Part shown: one piece after another, positions 1 through 12,514 of the stretch | Layout: every line of letters starts with the position of its first letter | Numbering within the stretch: position 1 is the first letter of the stretch | Source of the DNA: Laetmonice hystrix | Taxonomy: Eukaryota | DNA length: 64,000 bases | NCBI GenBank assembly: GCA_965235115.1 | Contig: OZ249440.1 | Coordinates: 34,226,001 to 34,290,000 of the forward strand | Direction of reading: 5' to 3' | Notes under the pieces: generated by a model | Told to the model about the DNA's origin: nothing | Database searches by the model: none | Seen by the model: only the letters and a program-made list of their open reading frames with translations | Program-made: the position numbers and the translations under genes

Positions 1-935
1 GGGCCCAATGGATATAAGCATAGACCATCACGATAGGAAATGGTGCAATTCTACACATGGCGTAACCTTCGTCCACAGTGGATATAAGCAATAGGAAATG
101 GTGTGATTTTATACATACCGTAACCTTTGGTCACAAAAGACACACGCCACATTTTTTCGGTTAGTTGTTGCACTCTGGAAGATCTCCACCTGAGTTGACT
201 TCGGTGGTGGTGGAGAGGGTGGAGGCTGTAAGCTTAGGGTAACCTTGTAAAATGTAACGTCGCCCCAACATTTCTATTCTGGTGTTCCGATATACTGAAT
301 ATTCCTCATGCTGAAAGCTCTTAGGACGTGTGATCTTATATATACGCTTCGGCCACAAGGGATAAAAGCATATGCTATCGCGATAGGAACTAGTGTGATT
401 TTATACAGACCATTACCCTCGGCCACAATGGGTATAAGCATAGACCATCAGGATAGGAACTGGTGAGATTTTATACAGACCGTCACCCTAGGCCACAATG
501 GGTATAAGCATAGACCATCACGATAGGAACTAGTGTGATTTTATACAGACCGTCACCCTCGGCCACAATGGGTATAAGCATAGACCATCACGATAGGAAC
601 TGGTGTGATTTTATACAGACCGTCACCCTCAGCCACAATGGGTATAAGCATAGACCATCACGATAGGAACTGGTGTGATTTTATACAGACCGTCACCCTC
701 AGCCACAATGGGTATAAGCATAGACCATCACGATAGGAACTGGTGTGATTTTATACAGACCGTCACCCTCGGCCACAATGGGCATAAGCATAGACCATCA
801 CGATAGGAACTAGTGTGATTTTATACAGACCGTCACCCTCGGCCACAATGGGTATAAGCATAGACCATCACGATAGGAACTGGTGTGGTTTTATACAGCC
901 CTTCTCGGCCAGAACGGATACAGGCATAGACCATT
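1..935. repeat. 70-bp minisatellite, about 8 copies at 351-935 plus 2 diverged copies at 1-140
   Basis: Unit ggccacaatgggtataagcatagaccatcacgataggaactggtgtgattttatacagaccgtcaccctc recurs at 351, 421, 491, 561, 631, 701, 771 and 841. It is interrupted by unrelated sequence at about 141-350. Confidence 0.95.
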
Positions 936-3419
936 GGTACCGGCAACCCAAAGTCGGGCCGCGAATGTCCTCACACACCTTAAAGGAAATATGTCCTGGG
1001 GTTATCAACCGAAATCTTAGTTTTCTGGTTACCTGCTCACCCCTGACGTACTTTATGGCACGGATTGTTTTTCATATTGATTCTGTTAACATTGTAGAGA
1101 AATGAATAAAACTAGCTGCCTTGTCCGCAAAGTGCTATGAATCCGCCATATGGCTGCCACGAATCGTTTGAATGGCTCCCATGATCATGTGACTCTCGCT
1201 GTGATTACTAGAGATGTAAACAGTGGGACTATAATGGCCCATCCGCCGATCGTGTGAAAAGGGTGCAAAACACAGATGGCTGCACTTCCCGGGGTCTCCG
1301 AATCTAAGCGTGTCATTTTCAGAGACCACATTAAGATAAAAAATTACTGGCCAAAGCTACATAAACAGGTAGGGGACCTTTAGGACATATATAGGAGAAC
1401 CGCATTGCAGACATATTTTTGCTGAAACACGACGTATTATTTGAAATTCATGCCATATTACATTTAACCGACCGCAACCAAAATGCCCTTACCACTAGTG
1501 GCCTCCTGCAAATTCACAATAATACGGGACCGTTAACTGCTGAACCACTGGCGGTGGGGATCTTTATTATCATTACGTAAAGCTGGTGCAGGTACTATAT
1601 AGGAAATGCCATTTGTTTACGATTATGACGTCATAGAGGGAGAACCCCAGACTAATGTGCCTACCGGATGTTGCCTACCAATGGGCTAAAAGGTGTAAAC
1701 AATGACGCCATGCCAGCATTTCCTATAGGTTATATTATGTAAGTGGGATGTGAAGGGATTATAACAACATCAACTCTGAAAGGCCAGAACGTACAGAGGG
1801 AAGGTATATTCACGAAGAAATTTTGAAGATTCCACCCAAGTAGGCCTATCCCGTTGATATAGAACGAGGAATCCGAGTTCACATGTAGGAGCTCCTCTTC
1901 ACAAATGCCAAAGTCGATTTCCATTGGGAGACTGTTCTATCATAATCTGAAATGGCAGTCTATTTTATACATCAGATGAAAAACAATGATTTATAACATT
2001 AAAAGACAAGCACCATTAGTAACCAAGAAGTCCTAACCTAGGAAATTTGGCGTGCGGATAATGAACATGAAACAAATTATTTTTAGCGTGAATCGGGCTG
2101 AGAGGTAGATATTACTAACTGAGAATCCTTACATTTATAAGGACTACTCACTCAAATAACAAGACCCAAAGTATTTCCAATTTAAATTATTAAAGTATCC
2201 CCAAGGTATGTCATAGATTTACTGACCATAAGCGCACTAACATGGTATAACAGTGTAAATACGTATTCCCAGTTGAAACATATTTAATATCAATTATAAT
2301 GCTCCAAAGTTTTCCTAAAACGAGACCCTGAATGCCTAACTACTGTTGGGGACAGCAGGCTATAACAACGCTATACAACTTCAATTTTAGTAGAGAACTA
2401 TCATCTGTAAGCAGTAAGTAGGAGCATGAACACCAATTCTGACTACCGACTGGTTTGACTCTCATGGAGTCGTGGTGCTAAACCAACATCACACATGATG
2501 TAGGCCTATGTGGTCGCCTCAACCGGGGACACCCGGCCGAACCTAGTCAAGCGTGGCCAACAATCATCACATATGAAGAGAGCCGCAAGTCGCCAAAATT
2601 GCAGTAACTGGTAAAGCTGTAAGACACTATAATTCATGAAGAAACCTTTCCGAGTCCTTTGTTAAATTATGTTGCCCTTTCACAGTTGACCGAATCCTCA
2701 AGACTCACAACATGGCGGCCATACTGAACGCGACCCTAACAACCAGGCGTTGCTAGTAAACAACGCTTCTCCGTGGGCACCAAACCATGCACACAACGAC
2801 ACCATTATTTATAGGCGGAAAACAAGGGAACTGATACTTAGCCACATTTTGTCCTGCATACACGCCCCTGTGAAACCGACGTCTGGGCAACTACGACTTC
2901 TTAAAAATTTCCGTAACAACTTGTTCCAATGGCGTCCTGGTGCAAAGTGGCTGATCTCAACGCTCATGTGTGCGAAAGTTAAAACTCCCGCGAGGGGGCA
3001 TTCCCAGCATGCCCCACCAACCAACCAGTTCCGTCATATAGGCAAACAAATCTCGCGCTTGTTGTCTTGACTGAAATGCTATTTCGCTCACAAAATGCCG
3101 TTTATTCAACAAGCGATCACTGCTCCTCAGAAGACACCACAGCCGGCTCACACACCATCAAGTACCATATCATTGACGCTACACAAGCTCTACTTGCTGG
3201 ACAATTTCAGGATATTCAGAGTCTACAAAGCGTGTGTATTTTTGCCGCGTCAGACGTAAGGTCATCTGTAGGAACCATCGGAAAAATCGCATAAACGAAT
3301 AAGGAGACACTGTGTATCTTCATGTGAAGTACCACTGTAGTTTTCGTCTCTTAACTGTGGTCAGGAAGTCTTCATAGGGCCCGATTGCTTGTTTTATCTT
3401 ATTTCTCACTTCCTCGTTG

Positions 3420-4110
3420 GTGATATCACTATGGTGATAGGGTCTTTATAGGAGATGTCAAGGAGTTTTCAAAAGCATCTTATTTCTGTGGCCTGTATCC
3501 TTCTCTGAATATCAGCTGTTAAGGTCAGGACACACAGGCATATACAGGGCCGTAGGCTGTGGGGGGGGGCAGGGGGGGCGGCTGCCCCCCCCTGGGATTT
3601 CCATTTTTTTGTGTTTTTTTTAACCAACACACCGGGCCAGCTCGACCGGCGCAATGACGCGCTATCACTTGGCAGGCCTACTGCCCCCCCCCCCCCACGC
3701 ATTTCGGCCAGGCTACGGCCCTGATATACACATGTGGATATCGCCAGGGAACGCATCAGTCTGATCTTTAAGCTGAGTGCAATGTACCTGTCATTCCAGA
3801 TGACTTGGAGTTTTGTGAGCGCTGCGGTGGTCTGTGCAAATGGGAGAGTACTTCAGGCTTAGATCCCTCATCTGTTATAACCGCACCCAGGTATTTGACG
3901 CTGCGGACGGTTTCCAGCTTTTCACCGTTTATCCTTATGTCAGTGCTGATGCAGTTTGGTCTTCACTGCACTGATCTGTATTCCATAGGTTGTAGAGGTC
4001 TTAACAAGTCGCTCCACAAGTTAACTAACTCCTCTTCATTTAATGCTAGACCGTCGATGTCGTCGGCAAAACGCAAGTTGGTGATTGTTCTACCTCCAGT
4101 GCTGACACCT
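3420..4110 (-). pseudogene. RTE-type LINE reverse transcriptase fragment
   Basis: Minus-strand translation with frameshifts gives GGRTITNLRFADDIDGLA ... IRINGEKLETVRSVKYLGAVITDEGSKPEVL ... KIRLMRSL. It is interrupted by the MITE at 3545-3723. Confidence 0.85.
3545..3723. mobile_element. MITE with CAG-starting TIR and 5-bp TSD
   Basis: TIR cagggccgtag...ctacggccctg; TSD atata at 3540-3544 and 3724-3728. Confidence 0.85.
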
Positions 4111-4359
4111 GAGACTGTGAGAGTCACTGAAACTTACGCGTGGGAATGCCGCTCCAAAATGGCTCCAAATGGTCGAAGGTAGAATGTTGGATTGCAACGG
4201 AGCCAGCTGAGCATTCTCACATGGCATTTGGTTGGTCTCACTTCAACTTATTTGAGTTTTACATGTGACACTGATTTATATGGCAGGGTGTCGATATTAC
4301 AGGTTTTGAAATTAGTGAACCTTTCAGATCAACAGCATTTGAAAATAGTGAACCTTTCA

Positions 4360-5780
4360 GATCAACAGCATTGTTAACTCGGTTAAAGCTGGCATGCCCT
4401 GCAGCCTGTTCGTCGATGACTTTGATGTCTGCTGCAGAGGCAAAAACATGAATGCCATCGAGAGACAGCTCCAACTCTGTCTCAACAAAATCCACCCTTG
4501 GTCCGTGGAAAATGGTTTTAAATTTTCAAAATCTAAAACAGTCTGCATGTATTTCTGCAAACTGCGTGCTTTCCACTTTGACCCCGAGTTGACAATGGAT
4601 GAGGATCCTATCAAGGTCACTAAGGAGACAAAGTTTCTGGGACTCACTTTTGACAGCAAGCTGTCCTTTATCCCTCACATTAAATCACTCAAATCCAGAT
4701 GCCTTAAGGCTCTAGATGTTCTCAAGATTTTATCTGGCACACAGTAGGGTGCAGACAATACAGTTCTTTTACATCTGTATAGGAAGCTCGATTATGGCAG
4801 CATAGTTTACGGTTCTGCTGGTAAGTCCTACATACGGCTTTTGGACACAGTTCACCACCGGCTTTCACTTGGGGCTTTTAGAACGTCTCCTGTTCAGAGC
4901 CTCTATGTGGAGGCCCGAGAGCCATCACTTGACAACAGGCGTCTAAAGCTGGCTCTGCAGTATGCAGTCAAGCTCGGGACAAACAGTTCAAATCCAGCTT
5001 ACAACTGCGTCTTTCACCCTCAGTTTCAACATTTATATGAACAAAAGGAAACGTACATACATCCTTTTGGACTGAGGGTGAAACCTCATCTAGAGGAACT
5101 GGATGTTGATCTGAACGTCCTGGGGCAGACACACTTTTGCAACATTCCTCCTTGGGACCTGGAAAAACCTGACGTCATTCTCCAGTTGGCTCAACTGAAG
5201 AAGTCGGAGACTCATCCCCTGACATATTTTGAACATTTTCTTGACGTCCAGGCAAGGTATCCCTCACATTATGCCTTCTAGACTGATGGCTCAAAGGATG
5301 GCAATGATGTGTCTGCAGCAGCAGTTCATGGCAAGCACAACTTCGCCACCCGCATCCCAGGGCAAAGTTCCATCTTCTCAGCAGAGGCCCGGGCCCTGCT
5401 TCTTGCCCTTCAAAATATTGAAGTTTCTGGCAAAAAGGACTTCCTCATTTTCTTGGGTTCCTCATCCTTGAACTCTGGTCCAAGTTGGCAGTGCTTGCCA
5501 ATGCAAACTTTGATATTCAATTTTGCTGGGTGCCTGGTCATGTTGGCATCCTGGGTAATGAGCAAGCTGACAGAACTGCCAAGAGGGCTCTCGATACAGA
5601 TGTCGAACCGTGTCCAATCCCAGCCTCTGATCTCAGACCTACCATCTGGGCTTACATTAAGAACAGATGGCAGACTGAATGGGATGAACAACCAAACAAT
5701 AAATTGTATCAGATCAGTCCCGTCGTGAACCAAAGGTATCGTCATGGCCAGACCCAAGGTAGGCATGAAATTGTGCTGAT
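4360..5780 (+). pseudogene. I-group (I/Nimb/Ingi-like) LINE ORF2: RT C-terminus plus RNase H, 5'-truncated, with stops and frameshifts
   Basis: LFVDDF, FSKSKT, KFLGLTFDSKLSF and GAFRTSPVQSLYVEA, followed by RNase H motifs TDGSKDG, SIFSAEARA and WVPGHVGILGNEQADRTAK. Confidence 0.92.
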
Positions 5781-5785
5781 GATAC

Positions 5786-6036
5786 CAAAGGCGGATCCAG
5801 AGGGGGGCACAGGGGGCACGTGCCCCCCCCCCCCTTTAGCTTCACTAATTAAGCCTATACACGGCTATAGCCTACTTATTTTGAATTAATATTAACACTG
5901 ACGGTGTATCTCAGGGAAACCCCGAGCTATTATGTAGGCCTATAAGAGCATGAGCTTTAATTAGTAATGCAAACAATCGTGAATTGCTTTTCTGTGCCCC
6001 CCCCCCCCCTTTAGTGAAATCCTGGATCCGCCAGTG
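5786..6036. mobile_element. MITE with GGCGGATCC-type TIR and 5-bp TSD
   Basis: caaaggcggatccag...ctggatccgccagtg; TSD gatac at 5781-5785 and 6037-6041. Confidence 0.8.
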
Positions 6037-6559
6037 GATACCAATGGCATTGTTCACGGCTGCGGGGTCCTCAGATGTTATTTTGCAGGACAACAAGTAA
6101 CAGGGTGGTACTGGTGCTTTTTTCGGAGTCAGCTTTTTTTCCAAAGATATGCCCGTGTCCTAGACTAAGTCCTGATTTGACACTGGAGTGGCCAGTGGGT
6201 TTCCCACTTGTTTTAGGGTCGAATTACTGTTATCCTGAGGGAGTAACATAGTGAATCTGCCTGAGATACCCATTCTAGTACAGGATATAGATCTGTTCTG
6301 GCCTAGAGAGCCAGACTGTAGGTGGGGGTTCGGCCTCCTGCATGTTTATGTTGTGCTGGTCTGTTTGCTTAGTAATTGGAACGGAATATTTTCCTTATCC
6401 AGGATCGTATGAGGATAATCAGTAAGGTGATCTTTAAGTAAAACATCATTTAAAACAATAGTCTGGTACACCACTGAAGTTAAATTGCCTCCATTTCAAG
6501 GCATTTTGACTTTTAAATCGAGATACAACTGAAAATTCATAGCGATTACTTGAGGCATC

Positions 6560-6900
6560 TAAACTACATACAAATGCCTCAAGCTTCTGGTTGACATCTG
6601 AGACTTCCCAGGAGTGCCCAAGATCCGTGAAACATGGTTGATAATCCTCCTCTTTTCTTAACATTTTCAGAGGTCTAACCTTTCCTCTTCCGGAGAAGGA
6701 GCTGATGGTGTCGCATCCAGTGAATGCATGGAAGCCTATGAGTGCACAGCAGAGCTTTTCTCGGAGTGTCAAGGCTATCTTGTCTAATTTCTTTGGTTCC
6801 TCTCTGTTGGTAGAGGTGGCATGGGATATCGGATTTGAGAGCTAAGGCAAGCACCATTATGTCAGTGTGTGGAACATTGATAACAACATAATTGAAGAAT
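6560..6900 (-). pseudogene. Academ transposase fragment (XPG/PIN-like nuclease region)
   Basis: HTDIMVLAL ... ALIGFHAFTGCDTISSFSGRGKVRPLKML ... LEAFVCSL, motifs typical of Academ proteins. Confidence 0.8.
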
Positions 6901-7064
6901 GGGAGAATGAGAAGCATAGCGATGGCGGAAACGCAAAACCTCCTACCTCTCCTGGAGATCTGGGATCGGTAGTAATCAATCATGCAAAACAAAAAACGCA
7001 AAAATGTCAAAAATGCACATAGAAGGTTTTGCGTTTCAGCCATCGATAGGGAAAAGCCCTTTGA

Positions 7065-7407
7065 GTTTGACACTGAAGCATCTTTTACTCGAGTGTGGTG
7101 ATTTTACTCTGACCAGACAATGGTTTTATAATGAGACAAGTGTTAAGGATCTTTTTAGCAATGTCAGACCAGGCGTGAGAGTTTTTAGAGATTTTCGAGT
7201 CAGAGGCTGGACTTCTGATTCTTTTATAGTTCAGGCTCGTCGATAGCCCTCTTGGGCTGACAGGATGGGGTGTGTTTCAATGATATTCATGTCCGGACCC
7301 GGGATAAAATAGGTTCCTTTAAGTTTATGGTCTTTTAACTCTGTTTTCGCCATGAAGATGGCCCCGGATGCCGACACGGTGCAAAACCACCACTACTCGC
7401 TCACTCG
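7065..7407 (+). mobile_element. 3' end of the I/Nimb-type LINE (ORF2 C-terminus, 3' UTR, ACTC tail)
   Basis: LTLKHLLLECGDF is the end of the C-terminal zinc knuckle; the 3' UTR ends ...gatggccccggatgccgacacggtgcaaaaccaccactactcgctcactc. Confidence 0.85.
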
Positions 7408-8099
7408 CTATTTTTTCCTCCGACATGTTACCGTAACTATCATAAAATTTGGGCAAAAAAAGTACCACAGGAGGAAGATTTTTTTATTTCGTCCTCTGTA
7501 CCTTGGATAACATTCTAGGGTGCCCGTAAACCAAGCAATAAAAAAGTGTGGCCTTAGCAGGTGAACTAGTCGTATGGTCTCTGCGACCAACCAGTTGCTG
7601 GCCCTTTTAATTTTTTATCCCTCATTTGAATAGATCTAGGGGACAGGATTATCGATAGTTGAGGATAAACCTAGCTAGAAGTAGAACGTCCTCTGCTAGG
7701 CCTATTATGTGTATCCAGACCGGAAATGGCGTCAAGTTCCGGGTGGTCGCGTTTGACATTGCAGATCGAGCGAAGTACAGAAGATCGCATGCTGTCACTT
7801 TTCATCGGAAAACTGTCCCAATCAGTTTTTTTCACCTTTAAATTGATCAACTTCTATTAAAAGATTTTCCATTTATTTCTGTAGAAAACGATTTTCCATT
7901 TATTTCTGTATAAAACTAACGTCAACGGCTGTATATAAAACGCGAAAGGAAGGCGAGTCCTTTTGAAACGAGGTTGACCGGGTTAATCCATGAATTTGAC
8001 TTAACCCGGAGAATGGGTTAACCCAATCTGTGGTTTAACCCATTCTCCAGGTTAATCACCAGAAACGTCCTTGCTATCGGCCACTTTACTTACTCGCTC

Positions 8100-9290
8100 A
8101 CTTACTCAATACCTGTACTTCTTCTGCTGGTACGGCACACACTTGGCTGCCCTGACAAGTTTTAATTGCAGGCTGGTGGAGCAGCTGCAGCAGAAGGGAT
8201 GGTCGGCCGGCCTTGTGGTTCAGTCGTCTGTGCCAACCTTCGACATCGTCGTATGTCCTGATTGCCTGACCCTGATTGCCTGACCATAGGTGGACCAATC
8301 TGATGTTCCCTAGTGCCCGTCGAACCACGTACACTGGATGTGGATGTACTCGCATAGTTGAGACAGAGGGCCCTGGCTGGCCGTCTCCTTCAGCTTTACA
8401 GACGTTGCACAGGCAGAAACAGCTGCCTGATGAATGCCTGGATGTTGGCATCTGAGGTGTAGCTGGCCTGCGGTGCCAGGTTCTGGCATCGTCTCCACAC
8501 AGCCTGTATCCGGTGAAACATGCCTTCACCTCTACCTCAAGGAACACAGACCGAACGGCCTTCCACATCGCTACCTCGAAGTCAATGACTATGGACTTGA
8601 TGTTGACTCCTTTAGACGGCAACATTCTCTTGACCTTCTTTAGGACCTTTTTATAATCAGCAGTCGTTCGGCGTAACATGACCAAGGCCAGGGGCACCTG
8701 CTTCAGGTCGTCCTCATCTCACTTGATGAAGGCGTGGAGGCTTAAGAGCTGATTGAATGGTTTGCTGAGAATCTTGAACGTCCTGTACAAATACAGCCTC
8801 TTCACCTTGTCCAGGACTGCCCTCTGATCTTCGTTAAAGAAGACAAGGTTCTGGGCCCCATAGACTGTGATGTCTTTCTATAGGAAGTTGGGCGGGATGA
8901 AGTCTGTAGCCATTTCGAAAGTCAGGTCCCAGGGCTCGGAAGGGTGGTTGACTTGGCGGGCCCAGTTGGCAGTCTGGTCTAAGTTGGCGGGTTTGGGGCA
9001 GCTGAGACCAGGGAGGTCGCCCAACTGGCTGGTCAGCAGGTCATCTACAAGTGCGGCTCCTGACCGAAAGATGTCTGCTCTGGCCCTATGCTTGACATCA
9101 GCCCGGATCTGGACCTCCATCTCAGCACCTGGTTGGGCTTGGTGAACATGAGTGTGCGTCTCACGTGCGAGGAGGTCTCTGCTTCAGGGCGACTGAAGCT
9201 GGTGCTGACATTGAAGCTGTCTAGCTTGGGAAGTGGCTTGTGGACCGTTGGATCTGCATCCACCTCCGTACTCTCATTACTCCTAGCTGT
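8100..9290 (-). pseudogene. MULE/Mutator-type transposase, frameshifted
   Basis: TFKILSKPFNQLLSLHAF, KQVPLALVML, IVIDFEVAMWKAVRSVF...KACF and RTYDDVEGWHRRLN (an RTNNxxEGWH-like motif). TTAACC-rich subterminal repeats lie at about 7970-8060. Confidence 0.85.
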
Positions 9291-9732
9291 TCCCTTAAGT
9301 CACAGTCCCATATAAGCACGGATGGACATGGCAGTCCCAGAGAGTGCCGGATCCCGCCAGATCAAGATCCGGGATGATCTGTGCTCTTTTTGGGGTTTTT
9401 GAGCCTCAATGGTCGTCCAACGACCATCATGCTGGTGGCAACATGGCACGGCGTCCCGGACAGTCACAGCAGAGTGACAGACTAACACGGACCAACAGCG
9501 TCTACACGGACAGCCCCGGATAAACACGGACCAACACGGCATCTACACAGACCATCCCGGACCAACACGGCAGCGATACAGACCAACCGTCAATAACTTG
9601 TATAAATCAGGCTGATTTTCGGTGATTCCATCATTCTGCAATTGGATCTCGAACGTGTCACATCGTATTTCCGCATAGTATACATTAGCGAAAACGTCAA
9701 AACTGCCAGCCAAAAAGAAACCTACTGTCAAA

Positions 9733-10044
9733 GTGGGCCTTGCAGTTCCCAAAAGGTCGCCACAAGCAGCATCCGCTACCAAAGAAGCAACCAAACAACA
9801 GCAACAAGAAGAAACAAGATCGCGATCAACATCACCATCACCTTTACAAGTACAAGCATCAGCACCACCCACAGCTACTGACGCTAAGAAAAAGAAGTCC
9901 CTGGTCCTGTCAGACGAACAAGAGGTGCAGTTGGCCGATTGGCTCAAGGAGAACCCTATGCTGTACACGAAGAGCACGAAGGAATACAAAAAACACGGCA
10001 AAGAAGATAGACCTCCGTCTAGACCTAGTTCGGGCCTCTGCTGA
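9733..10044 (+). pseudogene. Harbinger Myb/MADF-like DNA-binding protein, N-terminal part
   Basis: LSDEQEVQLADWLKENPMLYTKSTKEYK resembles the start of a MADF domain; it lies inside the Harbinger TIRs. Confidence 0.7.
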
Positions 10045-10099
10045 AGACCTGGTAGGAGAGCGTCAGGACGAAGGTCGATGTGCTTCCTGTCCAAGGCAT

Positions 10100-10624
10100 C
10101 CACACAGTTGTGCAGCTGCCGAACTGCTTGGCGATGTTCTTGCACTCATCTGGCGTTTCAGGACAGGGAATTAGTTCCTCATCGAACTCTACAAGCATCG
10201 CGTCGCAGACCTATCAAAGACGCATGACCTTGGAGATGGTGTTGTGTGCGACCCTGAAGCCATACATCAGGAAGTGGCAGCTGTCGCCTGATGCTAGGTA
10301 CCGCAATGTTATTGCCAACTTAATGCCAGCTGTCAGACGCTTCCTGTACTTTGACTTCTTCGGCTTGATTCTGTGCCCAATGTGTGTCAGGATCTCTTGG
10401 TATATCTGATAGCTCATGCGCAGGAAATTACAGAAGCCCTTGGCATCTTCTTTCTTCAGTTCATCCATCAGCCATGCGTACTGACCCAGGTCTGGTCTTC
10501 TGGCGAGCCATTTTCTGACCCAGATGGTTCTCTTTTTCCTTCTATTCAGTGGTGTAGATACAACTTTTTTCACGACTTTGGCTTTGGCAATCAGGATAGT
10601 GTTTTCAACCTGAGCTTTTTGCAA
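10100..10624 (-). pseudogene. Harbinger DDE transposase, N-terminal part
   Basis: IWVRKWL, FCNFLRMS and KLAITLRYLASGDS...FRVAHNTISK; a downstream frame gives CVDALDRKHI, a degenerate GAxDGKH motif. Confidence 0.88.
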
Positions 10625-10984
10625 TTGAAGCAGAGATATGCCTGTTGCCGAACCCTACACTGACAACCCCAGATGTTTGCCATCTCCCTGGACCATCGCG
10701 GAAGAACACAGCAGTTTTGAACTTCCCAAAACTGCCGTGTTGGCCTCCCGGGACCAACAGCGATCGCTGCGGAGCTACACGGCGGCTACACGGTTCACAC
10801 GCCAGATCATGCTGGATGTGATCCGCGTTGTTCCAGCACCTATATGGGACTGGGGCTTTATAAACCCGATGCCGGCGACGTTTGTTACGTCACAATCTAT
10901 GCTCCACTACGCGAAGGTACCCCTCTCTTTAGTTAGGGTAAGACGGAACCAGTGTGAACTGGAAAAAATTCGGGAATTTACCAT

Positions 10985-11057
10985 ATCTTTAACTCTGTTT
11001 TCGCTGTGAAGATGGCCCCGGATGCCGACATGGCGCAAAACCACCACTACTCACTCA
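10985..11057 (+). mobile_element. Short 5'-truncated copy of the LINE 3' tail
   Basis: Matches about 7330-7407 and ends ...aaaaccaccactactcactc. Confidence 0.85.
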
Positions 11058-11605
11058 AGGGGTTCAGCAAGATATCATTTTAGATAATTTAAAATACCAA
11101 ATGATGAGAAGTCCATTACTTTCATTATCACTTTCACCCAACCACTTTCAGAAAGAGATATGTTTGTTCTGGTTCACGTGTTTGTAAGATATGATCTCTC
11201 GGCGCGGATCCAAGGATACCAATTTTTTCTCTCACTTTCCAAGAAATCGAGAATATACACTTATTTTTTAGAAGATTTTCCTGGGGAGAACCCCGGCACC
11301 AACTAATAAGGTGGGCCCTCATCGCTTTTTTTGTTTGTTTTTTTTTCAGGGGGGGGGGGCGGGCAGGACCTTTAATATGCAATGTAGTAGAGTAGTAGAC
11401 TTCAATTGCAGGATTTAGAGCATGTCTATGTATGTATGTGTACCTATGTAGGCCTATGTATATGTATGGGTGGGGGTGAGTGTGGGAGAGGGGAGGGAGA
11501 GGAAGGGGGGAGAGGGGAAAGAGAGGAAGTGGGAGGGAGAGGGAGCGAGAGAGACAACTTCCTGGAATATGAGAGACACAACTTCCTGGAATGCGAGAGA
11601 TAGGG

Positions 11606-11760
11606 GTGAGTGAGTGAGTGAGTGAGTGAGTGAGTAGTGGTGGTTTTGCGCCGTGTCGGCATCCGGGGCCATCCTCACGGCGAAAACAGAGTTATAAGAC
11701 CATAAAATCAAAGGAACCTATTTTATACCGGGTCCCAACGGGAACACCACCAAACACATC
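11606..11760 (-). mobile_element. 5'-truncated LINE 3' end with (ACTC)n tail
   Basis: Reverse complement of the same 3' UTR; (gagt)n run at 11606-11635. Confidence 0.88.
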
Positions 11761-12044
11761 TGAGAGATAGGGGAATAATTCAACTTCTTGGAATAGAATA
11801 GGCCTACTTCATCTATATGTAAAATAAAGAAAAGCCAACTTTACAAACTTGAACAAATTCAGACATAAGAAAAGCTGAATGACAGCAACATTTATTTGCC
11901 ACAGTCGCAAGTAATCGCAAGTTGCACACGACTGAAAGACAGAGAAGCTCACACAGAGCAACGCGATTACCGCTGTGTTACAATGAGCTTGTGACGTTCT
12001 AATCATCAAGCGAACTATAAACAATTGTCTCTTACTGGTTATTT

Positions 12045-12514
12045 GCGACGTGGCGAAATAGTTCCATGCTACTTTGAGGCCATACACTTCTTCAAAGTAA
12101 GTCATGTTGTGGAACAAGAATCTTTGCTTAAACTGTGACGCAGCTCCATCTGAGAAGAAGGATATGGATTTGACTTCCGGCCATTCTCTCTTTACATCCA
12201 GAATGATTTGGTTGAGAAAGGTAGCCACCTGATACTTGCCATGAACCATATCATCACTAACAATGACATATGATTTCACGTTATCATTGTCAATATTTGC
12301 ACAAGCCGTAAATAAAGTGACTTGGTCATGGGCCCAGTGTCCACTTTGTATTTCATCTTGCTGAATGATGGAGTATCTTTTCGGCAAAGTCCACTTGAAT
12401 GACTATGTGCTTCCCATCTGCTCTGCCTTTCTCTTGTTCAAAATGGGCACTTTGTTTGCGTTTGATGAATGTGTGACATAAGAATGCAGACAGTTGCTGT
12501 TTCAGTTCCTTTAA
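12045..12514 (-). pseudogene. Sola2-type transposase, catalytic half
   Basis: QVDFAE (frameshift) YSIIQQDEIQSGHW...SDDMVHG...FFSDGAASQFKQ...WNYFATS; truncated before the expected HGK motif. Confidence 0.8.

Larger units (their letters stand above)
9298..10857. mobile_element. PIF/Harbinger element, internally deleted, with convergent Myb/MADF-like and DDE nuclease ORF remnants
   Basis: TIR agtcacagtcccatata versus the reverse complement of tatatgggactggggct (15/17); TSD tta at 9295-9297 and 10858-10860. Confidence 0.9.

Noticed and set aside
351..900. CRISPR-like regular repeats
   Set aside because: The units are contiguous with no unique spacers, there are no cas genes, and the context is eukaryotic.
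2750..3294. Overlapping short ORFs in CpG-rich DNA
   Set aside because: No domain similarity is recognisable; probably non-coding element sequence.
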